From: Subdoligranulum sp. CAG:314
GTDB lineage: Bacteria > Bacillota > Clostridia > Christensenellales > CAG-314
Length of the DNA: 64,000 bases
Direction of reading: 5' to 3'
NCBI GenBank assembly: GCA_000437915.1
Contig: FR901000.1
Coordinates: 183,244-247,243, forward strand
In this document: piece after piece, positions 1 through 8,800 of the stretch
How positions within the stretch are numbered: position 1 is the stretch's first letter
Layout of the letters: the number at the start of each line of letters is the position of its first letter
Position numbers and translations under genes: made by a program
The notes under the pieces: model-generated
What the model was told of the DNA's origin: nothing
What the model saw: the letters and a program-made list of their open reading frames with translations, nothing else
Database searches by the model: none

Positions 1-78
1 TTCGCAAGCCGCGAATACGAAAACGGAAACAAGCAGAACGGCTATCATGAAAATTGCCGCAATTTTTTTGTTTCTCAT
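1..78 (-). CDS. Lipoprotein, N-terminal fragment (gene continues off the left edge)
   Basis: Reverse-strand ATG at 78..76 with GGAG (rc of 85..88) upstream. Translation MRNKKIAAIFMIAVLLVSVFVFAACE is a signal peptide ending in lipobox FAAC. It is absent from the ORF track because the window edge truncates it. Confidence 0.5.
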   Translation of the reverse strand, partial: MRNKKIAAIFMIAVLLVSVFVFAACE

Positions 79-140
79 ATCTGTCTCCTTTTTTGTTTAT
101 TGAAATCTATATAAAGGCGGACTTTAAGCCGCTCTTGTAT

Positions 141-596
141 TTAACCGAATACGGGACCTTCGACGTCCGAAGGCTTGTCTCCGTCCAGGTCGTTGAAGTA
201 ATACAGCTTGTCCGAAAGGTTGGAGCCGTCCGTCGTCCTGACGGTAATAATCACGTTCACCGACTTGTAAAAGGTCAGCCAGCCGTTTGAGGACAGGGTG
301 ACAAACTCTTTGGCGGAGTCGGGCACGGACATACTGTAAGAAAGGCTTTCCTTGCCGTAGGTCGCGTCCTCCGACAAAGTAATCATATCGGATAAAAGCA
401 CGGTGACAAAGCCCTCCTCCCCTATCTCGGGCGAGGACATCATTTTCTTGCCGTCCGCGCCGGCAGGCACGTCGAAATAAAGCTCGGTTGCAAGCACGTT
501 GCCGCTGCCCGACGCCTGCGTTCCGAAAATTCCCACCAGAATCACTCCCGCGACGGCGAAGAAAAGTATGACAAACAACACGATTTTTTTGCTCAT
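141..596 (-). CDS. Small membrane-anchored or secreted protein, unknown function
   Basis: 151-aa ORF with ATG at 596 and GGAGG about 7 nt upstream. N-terminal hydrophobic helix (IVLFVILFFAVAGVILVGIF) followed by a roughly 120-aa beta-rich domain. It starts 13 nt after the permease stop, so it is probably in the same operon. Confidence 0.6.
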   Translation of the reverse strand: MSKKIVLFVILFFAVAGVILVGIFGTQASGSGNVLATELYFDVPAGADGKKMMSSPEIGEEGFVTVLLSDMITLSEDATYGKESLSYSMSVPDSAKEFVTLSSNGWLTFYKSVNVIITVRTTDGSNLSDKLYYFNDLDGDKPSDVEGPVFG

Positions 597-609
597 GAAA
601 TTTCCTCCG

Positions 610-2208
610 TCAGAACTCGATGCGCTCGAAAAGGCATTTCATATTGAGATTGAACAGATAAAATCTGCCCGCTACGAAGATTAAAGCCAACGCCAACGTA
701 ATCATCTGACTCCACACTCCCATAAAGAAGTAAAGCACGGCGGAAACGGCTCCGAACAGCAAAGCCGTAACCAACCCGAAAACTATGGACGCGGACACGT
801 TTTTGTTGTTCTGAAAATGTCCCGTCGACGCAAACTCCCTGAGCTGCGGATTTTTTATGTCAAGCTCGAGCGACCACAGAATGTGACCGACATTGACAAA
901 CAGATAGCACAGCACCAGAAACACAGCGTCAGCCGCCGCAAGCGAGCCGAAAGCGAACATAAGCGCAGAGGTGACGACGATTATCGCGGAGGAAACAACC
1001 AGATTGGAAACGATTTTGGCAAACGCGATTTTGTAAGTGCGCCCCGGCGCGGTCTTTAAAAGCACGAACTCTCCGCCCTCCTCCGAAAGCGCGGTCGCCG
1101 TGTGGGAGTTGCTCGCCGTCACAAACGCAAGCCCTATCAGCATATTTACGCCGAACACCAGCGCGTTGCCTCGACTGCTCAGCTCTATGGAGCCGAAAAT
1201 GTGGTTGACCGAATACATGAGAAAAGGCATCACGAACAAAAGCAAATAATTGTTGAGCACCCTTCCGATATTGCGCTTTGCAAGGGTAAGCTCCTTGAAC
1301 AAAAACGCGCCGAACTCCCCTTTGGTTTTGTAATCCGTTCTGTGCTTTTTCTCCACCGCGTTTTCGCTGCTTGACGCAACCATACGGAAGAAAAGCGGAC
1401 GCGCAAGAAAATAATTGCACACAAGAAGCGCCGCCGAAAGCGCAAGCAAAAACAGCCAGTTCAGCCCGACGTTTTTCAAAAACAGAATATCCGCCGCGAA
1501 GGAGTAAAACAGCGCAAACCTGTTGGAGTTGACAATGACCTTTACAATACCGTTTATTATCGTGTTGTAAACGGCTACAATCCTCAAAGGCTTGGGCACC
1601 TTGACAAGCAGCGAGGTCAGTCCTGCGAAAAGCAGCACGGCAACCGCGACGAGCAGCACGGCGTACACGGCGGGAAAACGACGGAAAAGCTTGGACAAAT
1701 ACATCAGCGGGATACACAAAAGCGCCGCAATCAACACGGTAAGCGTGGGCAAAACGAAAATCATCAGCGCCGAATTGACGAAAAACCATGCGGAAACGGG
1801 AGTCAAAAAGCCGAAAACCAGAAACAGCGGCAGCAGGAAAAACAGAGACTTGGAGAACTCTCCTATGTAAAACACCGCGAGCTTGCTGTAAAAAACCTCC
1901 GAGTGCTTTGCGGGAAATGCAAACAGTATTGCATTGTCGTTGCTGTCGTAAAGCGCGCGTTTAAGCCCGATTGTCGTAACCGCAATGCCGACGTACTGCG
2001 ACAGCGCAAGCACAAACAGCAGAAAATCCTTGGTCACGGGCAGGTTCACCACATATTTGAGCAAATAGAGCACGCCGAACATGACGAGAGTGCAAACTGC
2101 GAAAACTCCCGTCTTGACCGCTAATTTTGCAATCAAAGCTCTTTTGCTTTTGTACCTGTATCTGTTGTCAAGCTGCAACAGCACAAGCGTTTTCATTCTG
2201 TTGAACAT
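610..2208 (-). CDS. Polytopic permease of the putative ABC-exporter type
   Basis: 532-aa ORF that is hydrophobic throughout, with many TM segments by eye. It lies directly downstream of an ABC ATPase gene. The N-terminus MFNRMKTLVLLQLDNRYRYK resembles the family Pfam calls putative ABC exporter (from memory, not searched). Confidence 0.7.
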   Translation of the reverse strand: MFNRMKTLVLLQLDNRYRYKSKRALIAKLAVKTGVFAVCTLVMFGVLYLLKYVVNLPVTKDFLLFVLALSQYVGIAVTTIGLKRALYDSNDNAILFAFPAKHSEVFYSKLAVFYIGEFSKSLFFLLPLFLVFGFLTPVSAWFFVNSALMIFVLPTLTVLIAALLCIPLMYLSKLFRRFPAVYAVLLVAVAVLLFAGLTSLLVKVPKPLRIVAVYNTIINGIVKVIVNSNRFALFYSFAADILFLKNVGLNWLFLLALSAALLVCNYFLARPLFFRMVASSSENAVEKKHRTDYKTKGEFGAFLFKELTLAKRNIGRVLNNYLLLFVMPFLMYSVNHIFGSIELSSRGNALVFGVNMLIGLAFVTASNSHTATALSEEGGEFVLLKTAPGRTYKIAFAKIVSNLVVSSAIIVVTSALMFAFGSLAAADAVFLVLCYLFVNVGHILWSLELDIKNPQLREFASTGHFQNNKNVSASIVFGLVTALLFGAVSAVLYFFMGVWSQMITLALALIFVAGRFYLFNLNMKCLFERIEF

Positions 2209-2244
2209 AATCTTTTTCCGTCAAATAGTCGTTTTGCGTCCTTT

Positions 2245-4473
2245 TCAGGCGTCCGCGCCGTCCTCCGCAACCGCCTTGACGTCCGTCGCAGTGCTTGCGG
2301 CAAGGTAAACGTATTTCATGTAAAGCTCTTCGAGCGTTACTCCCTGCTCGGCAAGCTCGGAAATTTTCCACTCGCCGACCAGCTTTCCTTTGGCAATGAT
2401 ACAAATTTTGTCGCAGATTTTCTCCACCACCTCTATGACGTGGCTTGAAAAGAAAACGATGTTTCCGTTGTCGGCGTGCTCCCTCATGCACTCCTTTATC
2501 TGATAGGAGCTTGCGGGGTCAAGTCCCGTCAGAGGCTCGTCCAAAACCCACACCTTGGGATTGTGAATCAGAGAGGCAATAACCACGATTTTTTGTTTCA
2601 TTCCGTGGGAATAGCCCTTTATTTCCTTGTCTATCGCGTCGACAAGGTTGAACATACGTACGTATTTGTCTATGCGCTTTTCCCTGTCCTCCTTTGACAC
2701 GAGATACAAATCCGCCACGTAATTTATGTACTCCCGCCCGGTCAGCTGTTCGTAAACGGCGTGGTTGTCCGACACGTAGCCTATGTTGAGCTTGGCTTTC
2801 AATGGCTGCTTGGATATGTCGTAGCCGCAAACCTCTATCGTGCCGGAGGTGATTGTCTGAATGCCGACAAGCGACTTGATTGTGGTGCTTTTTCCAGCGC
2901 CGTTGTGGCCGAGAAAGCCGTAAACCTCCCCGCCCCTGATTTCAAGGCTCAGGTCGTCCACCGATTTGACGCTGCTGCCGCTGTAAATTTTTGAAAAATG
3001 CTTTATGCTTATCATATCTGCTCCCTCAGGATTGAGCGGCTCCGAAACGGCTCTGCCGTCAAGAAGCTCTTTCAGCTGTTTTTTCCTCTGTCTTTGCTCG
3101 ACAAGTATTCCGTGCAGCATTGCATGGTGGTCGGCAACCCTGTACATTCCCTCGTAAATCCACCAGAGCAGGAATATCAGGACGATAAACCCGACGTACA
3201 TGGCAATCCAGTAAACGTAATAGATTTTGAAAGTAAGCTCGCCTATGTTAAACGTCCAGATGTAGTTGTTTTTCCACCCCACCGCAAACGCCAGATGTTT
3301 TACAAGATTGTCGCCGTTCATGAAAAAGTAGTTGACGGACGGCTCGTAATTGACAAGCCAGGCGTTGAGGACGGCGACCACAAGGAAATATCCCGTAAAC
3401 ACGGCAATGCAGTAGCCGACGTCTTTTATTTTCGGTCTCGGAAAGACGCCTAGCGCGACGGCGAGTATTGGCAAAACCACCAGCAGCATATGCCCGTTGA
3501 AATAGTGCATGCCCAGTTCCGACGTCAGCTGCGCTTCGGTGTCGGGCAGCAAAAGCGCAAAAATTGCGCCCGTCACGTTGACCAGATAATTGAAAGCGAA
3601 CACGGCTCTGTTTTTCAGGACAAAGGACAGGAGCATGAGCGTAATCGCCGCGTGGCACAGGTGCAGCGGCAGATTGGTAAATCCCAGCGGAAAGCTGTAA
3701 TAATACCAGAAATGCATAAAGCACGAAACCGCCGCCGACGTAAGAATAAAATATCTGAAATCGGCGTCGTACCTGCGCAAAAAGATATACCCGACGACAA
3801 TCATGAGCGCGGTAAAAGCCAACATAAAAATATGTGCGGGCGACATAAGATTGTTTATCGCCCCCAGCCTGCCGCCGAACAGATTGAACAGCGTGGAGCC
3901 GTGCGCCGCGAAAACGAGATAGAACGCGCCGAGCGCAACGGTACTCAGGATATTTTTCCGCGAAAAGTCAAAATCCCTGTCGCGCAGCCTCTTTGCCAGC
4001 TCGCAAAGTCCCATGGAAAACGCAAGCACGCACTCGACGGCAAACTGAACCTCGCGGAAACCGAAGGTGGGCAGGCTTACCGCGCCGACAAAGGCGTAAA
4101 CATTCTGACGGAAGAGAACCATATCGACGAAGTATACCACCGGCACGGCGTAGGCGACAATGTTCTTGACCGCGCGGAATTTGAACCAAGGCGCGAGAAC
4201 GAGAGCAAGCACGCACATCTGAGTGAGCGCGCGCAGCGCAACGAGCAGGAAATTAAGCCCTTTGCTGAAAATGCCGACCAATGCTTCCGTATCGTAAAAG
4301 ACGTCGGTCATCGCCAGACGCAGCACAAAGCACGCCGCAAAAATCAGCGAAAGTATTTTCGCGGCGACGTTCCAACGCCTGTCGGATAAAATTTTTCCGC
4401 GTCTGAAAAACAACGTAAACGAAAAAGCCGCGCCTCCCGTTATCAGACCGGATGCAATCAGAACCGATGTCAT
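2245..4473 (-). CDS. ABC transporter ATP-binding protein fused to a ~470-aa N-terminal polytopic membrane domain
   Basis: 742 aa, ATG at 4473 with GGAGAGGAG upstream. The C-terminal third carries Walker A GHNGAGKST, signature YSHGMKQK, Walker B VWVLDEPLTGLD and H-loop SSHVIE. The N-terminal part is hydrophobic and contains NLPLHLCH, reminiscent of the YwaF/TIGR02206 membrane family. Confidence 0.85.
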   Translation of the reverse strand: MTSVLIASGLITGGAAFSFTLFFRRGKILSDRRWNVAAKILSLIFAACFVLRLAMTDVFYDTEALVGIFSKGLNFLLVALRALTQMCVLALVLAPWFKFRAVKNIVAYAVPVVYFVDMVLFRQNVYAFVGAVSLPTFGFREVQFAVECVLAFSMGLCELAKRLRDRDFDFSRKNILSTVALGAFYLVFAAHGSTLFNLFGGRLGAINNLMSPAHIFMLAFTALMIVVGYIFLRRYDADFRYFILTSAAVSCFMHFWYYYSFPLGFTNLPLHLCHAAITLMLLSFVLKNRAVFAFNYLVNVTGAIFALLLPDTEAQLTSELGMHYFNGHMLLVVLPILAVALGVFPRPKIKDVGYCIAVFTGYFLVVAVLNAWLVNYEPSVNYFFMNGDNLVKHLAFAVGWKNNYIWTFNIGELTFKIYYVYWIAMYVGFIVLIFLLWWIYEGMYRVADHHAMLHGILVEQRQRKKQLKELLDGRAVSEPLNPEGADMISIKHFSKIYSGSSVKSVDDLSLEIRGGEVYGFLGHNGAGKSTTIKSLVGIQTITSGTIEVCGYDISKQPLKAKLNIGYVSDNHAVYEQLTGREYINYVADLYLVSKEDREKRIDKYVRMFNLVDAIDKEIKGYSHGMKQKIVVIASLIHNPKVWVLDEPLTGLDPASSYQIKECMREHADNGNIVFFSSHVIEVVEKICDKICIIAKGKLVGEWKISELAEQGVTLEELYMKYVYLAASTATDVKAVAEDGADA

Positions 4474-5394
4474 AGTCCTTTGCTCCTCTCCTTTGTATCT
4501 CCTCTAATTTACAATCAAGCGTCTTAAATTTACAAAATTTCGCTTGAATTTCGTAAGCCGATTTTTTCCTGCCGCCTTAAACGAGGGCACGAAAAAATCC
4601 GACCTTCCCCGCAAAGCCGACTGCGGAAACCCACGCGAACAAAATCGCGCGGCGCGCCGACAGCAACGGTAGAAAAAAATCGGACTGAAATTTTCCGCGT
4701 CGAAAACGCGGAGAAAAACTATTCTTTATATCTGAGACAGAACGAATAAACGGGTGCGCAAAAAACAGCCGCGCCGTCAACGGAGGCGACGGCACGCCTT
4801 GCGACAAATCTCACACCCAAACTCCGCCCTTTGCGAACGGACGCGAAAATCGCCCTGCACGCGTTGAAAATACCCGTGCAAAGCGCGAGAGCGGCAACGG
4901 CGGCTTTGACCGCGAAATAAAAACGTCCCAGCTCGTTGAGCGCGAACTGCAAAACGCACATCATTTCCTCCGCCGCCATGCGGGCGAAAACCTTTTTGAA
5001 AAGACTGCCGAACTGAACGAAGCTTTTGCCGAAAATAGAAAAAAACAAAAAAAGCAAGAGCAACACGGCGTTTTTGAAAAAGCCGTACAGCTTGCTTTGC
5101 TTTATATCGAGATTCAGTATATTCGTCCTTTGCATTCCTTTTTCCCCGTCCGCATAATATTTTAGCATACAAATCCCGCTTGTGCAAACCGATACACACG
5201 GAAAATATAAAAAACGGCTTGTTTTGCTGGCAAAAAACAAAACGCCTCTTATTTTTCATTGTTGCGTCACGCTTTATTCAATCAAAATGGTTTTGACGCC
5301 GCCGACAGCGCTTTTTCGACTCTCAAAAGCAAAACTCAACTCTCAATTTTTGAGATATAAGGATTAAATCCTCAAAAAATGAGAACATATAACT

Positions 5395-5583
5395 ATGCTT
5401 AAAGACAATCTCAAAACTTTAAGACGCATGACGGGCTTGAACCAGCGCCAGCTTGCCGACGAGCTTGGCGTGAGCGTAAAAACCGTAAGCCATTGGGAGG
5501 CGGGTTACAGCGAACCGTCCTTGAGTATGCTTTCGCGTCTGCGCCGCGTGCTCAACGTGGAATACGACGATTTGCTCGAATAA
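5395..5583 (+). CDS. XRE-family helix-turn-helix transcriptional regulator
   Basis: 62 aa. LRRMTGLNQRQLADELGVSVKTVSHWEAGYSEPSLSMLSRL is a classic HTH_3/Cro-C1 motif. No obvious SD upstream. Confidence 0.85.
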   Translation: MLKDNLKTLRRMTGLNQRQLADELGVSVKTVSHWEAGYSEPSLSMLSRLRRVLNVEYDDLLE

Positions 5584-5802
5584 AACAAACGGCAATACGA
5601 TTTGACGATTGTACGAACAAAAACAGACGTAAATCAGATACGAAGAAAATGCGCCAAAAAGCGGCAAATGTCAACCTTTGTTCCGAAGTAATGCCCCAAT
5701 AAAACAAACGGCTAGCCCGAACAAACAGAGCGTCATTCTTTGATTTGACGGCTTGAACTAAAAAGCAAGCGTTAAATATTTGCACGAGCAAAAAGCAAAA
5801 AA

Positions 5803-5832
5803 TATCCCCCGCCGATTTCGGCGGGGGATATT
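5803..5832. terminator. Rho-independent terminator, bidirectional hairpin
   Basis: atatcccccgccg-attt-cggcgggggatat is a 13-bp perfect stem. A T-run follows on the minus strand, 25 nt after the stop of the giant gene, and TTTT follows on the plus strand. Confidence 0.85.
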
Positions 5833-5856
5833 TTGTAGAGTAAACGATAGGAAAGT

Positions 5857-8800
5857 TTACTCGGGTGTGTAATCGTAAACTATTTTTGCGTTGCAGTCCT
5901 TAAACCAATGGGTTGAAGCAGTTGCGTTTATCGGACCGTACCAATATTGAGAAATCACATAACGGCTTTCCATGATGTAAATAGTCTGCTCCGCAGTCCA
6001 GCCGGAGAATGTGCCGGAGCTGGTTATTGCCGTGTTGGGACGAATAACAAGACTCTTGAGCGAGGTGCAGTTGGCAAAGGCGCTGCCGCCTATTTCCACC
6101 AACGACTCGGGCAACACAATGTTCGACAACGACGTACAGCCGCTGAATACGCTGCTTGCCATTTCCGTGAGCGTATCGGGCAAATTCACCGTCGTAAGAG
6201 AGGTGCAACCGCTGAATGCAGAATAAGGTATTTCGGTAATGCCCCGCTCCAACGTCACTGTGACAAGAGACGTGCAATTTATGAAGGAGTAGTCCCAATC
6301 GGTTAAAGTGGCGGGGATGGTTATCGATTTCAGACCGCTGTCGCTGAAATTTTCTCTGTCCATACAATATAAGGAGCTGGGCAGTTTAACGCTTTCAAGG
6401 GACGTGCAGCCCGAGAAAACGAATCTTCCCATGGTTTCCAATCCCTCGTTGAAGGTCACGGACACGAGGTCTGTACAGTTTGCAAACGTATACACGTTGT
6501 GTGTGCCGCTGGCAGCCGAGGAAGTTTTGCCGAGACTCAGATGCTTCACGCCTGCGGGAATGGTCACGCTCGTCAGACCGCTGTTCTGGAACGTGTATGT
6601 TCCGAGATAGGTCAGGCTTTCGGGCAAATCGATTGTTTTGAGCGACGTACAGCCCTCGAACATATAATTGCTCAGCACATCCAGCCCCTCGGGAAGCGTC
6701 ACGGACGAAAGGCTCGTGCACCCCTGGAACAGGTTGGTTCCCAAAATATTGGTATAAGTACCTTCGACATACTGGCTTCCCAAAACAACCATGGTTTCGG
6801 GGATGACTATACTTTCAAGCGAGGTGCAGTAGGCAAAGGCGTAATTTCCTATGCTCTGCAACGTCGAAGGAAGCGTCACGCTCTTCAACGATTTGAGTCC
6901 GTAAAAGGCGTTTGCGGGGATACTTGTCACGCCTTCGGGCACCGTGATATGCTCGATACCCGTCACGCCGTAAAAGGCGTAAGCCGTGATGCCGTTGTTG
7001 AGCAGCAGCTCTTCAACGTCAATCCCTACGTCCGCCATGGCGGAAGGCACAAACACAAGCGCGCCCGTCGTTCTGTTGTAGACTATGCCGTCCTCGCTCT
7101 TGAACGTGGCGTTGAGTCCGTCTACAAGCACCTCGGTGAGATTGACGCAATCGGCAAAGGCTTTGCCGCTGATTGTCTTGACGTTTTGCGGAATGACGAT
7201 ATATTCGAGACCGCTGCCAAGGAAAGCCTCCGAACCGATTGAGGTTATCGCAGACGTCAAATTGATTGATTTGAGAGACACGCAGTTTCGGAACATATAA
7301 CTCTGTATGCTTGTCATGCTTTGAGACAACGTCACTCTTTCAAGCGAAGTGCAGCCGTCAAAGGCATATGTGGCGGAAGTCGTCACGGTATCGGGGATAG
7401 CTATGCTTTCAAGCGAAGTGCAGTCTCGGAACATATAAGAAACCAGCTTAGTCCATCCGCTTTGCGGGAAAGTCACGCTTGTGAGATTTACGCAGCCGTC
7501 AAACAGATACGTGCCTGCGGAAACCGCAGTGCCGTCGCCCGTAGGCAGCACAATCGAAGTCAACGATTCACAGCCGCTGAACAAATATGCTCCGAGCACA
7601 CAAACACTGTCGGGCAGGATAAAGGACTCGTCTCCGTCGTATCCCGTATAGGTCACTTTTTCAAGGCTGACGCACCCCATAAAGGTCTTGGGGCCTATTG
7701 ACAGCAGACCTGCGGGCAGCGTCACGCTCCTGAGATTTACGCAGCCGTCGAAAAGACTTACGTCGTTTGTGGTGGATGAGCCTGTGTTTGCCTTTGTACC
7801 GGCCTTGTGGCTGATATGCTGAACGCCCGAAGGGATTTCAATACTTGTCAGACCGCTGTTCTGGAAGGTATATCTTCCAAGATAAGTCAGCTTCGACGGC
7901 AAATCAATGCTTTCAAGCGACGTGCAGCCTCTGAATATATAGTTGCCCAAGGTTGTGACGCCTTCGTGCAGCGTCACGGACGCAAGGCTTGTGCAGCCGT
8001 CAAACAGATTGTTGGGGAGAGATGTGACGTTGCCGGGGATTGTTATCGATTTAAGCGCCGTACATCCCTGAAACGCGTTTGTGCCTAACGTCTTCAAGCT
8101 TGAAGGCAAAGTTATACTTTCAAGCGACGTGCAGTCCTTGAACAGGCTGGTTCCGAGCGAAGTTATCGCGTTATGCAGCGTCACTGTCTTAAGCTTGGAG
8201 CAGCCGTTGAAAATCTGATTGCCCAGCGTTTTGATTGCCTCGGGGATTGTTATTTCGGTAAGTCCGCTCAATGTGAAAGCGTAAATCCCTATGCTTGTAA
8301 CATTTGAAATGTCTATTTCCGCCAAAGACGCGCAGTTTTTGAACGCATACTGCCCTATGGTGGTCAGCGTATCTGGCAGATTGACCGTCGTCAACGAGAC
8401 GCAATCGCTGAACATATAGTTAGGCAAGCTCTTTACCCCGGCGGGCAAACTGATTTCCTTTAAGGACGAGCAGTTTGCAAACAGATACGTGCCGTAAGAC
8501 GCTCCCGCCGGCAGATTGATTGTTGTGAGCGAGGTGCAGCTGTTGAAAGCGCCGTTGCCTATGGATTGCAGCGCGCTTGTTCCTTCAAACTTCACTTCCT
8601 TCAAAGAGAAGCAGTTTTGGAACGCGCCCTGACCTATTTCCAGCACGGACGAGGGTATAGTAACCTTTGTGAGGTACACCTGATTTTTGAAAGCGCCGGC
8701 TTCGATGTAAAGCGTGCCCTCGGGGATAACCACCTCGGTGTTTTTGCCGTCAAGCGCCGTGAAGAAGTAAATAATCGAATTGCCCGAAGGAGTGCTTATC

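Noticed and set aside
4506-4534. The motif AATTTACA recurs upstream of several envelope genes: 4506..4513 and 4527..4534, the O1/O2 sites near 14450 and 14520, and 25389..25410. It could be a shared regulatory word.
   Set aside because: On the coding strand these copies read TTGTAAATT or TGTAAAAT and coincide with plausible -35 and extended -10 elements. An AT-rich 8-mer recurring in promoters is not strong evidence for a common operator. Only the long palindromes near 14.5 kb are reported.
4719-5240. Possible small membrane-protein gene (a 173-aa ORF, or shorter versions starting at 5168 or 5135).
   Set aside because: It is not reported as a feature. It has no convincing SD or terminator, it overlaps an alternative ORF (4777..5259), and its C-terminal half looks non-protein-like. 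It is kept as an open question in the findings.
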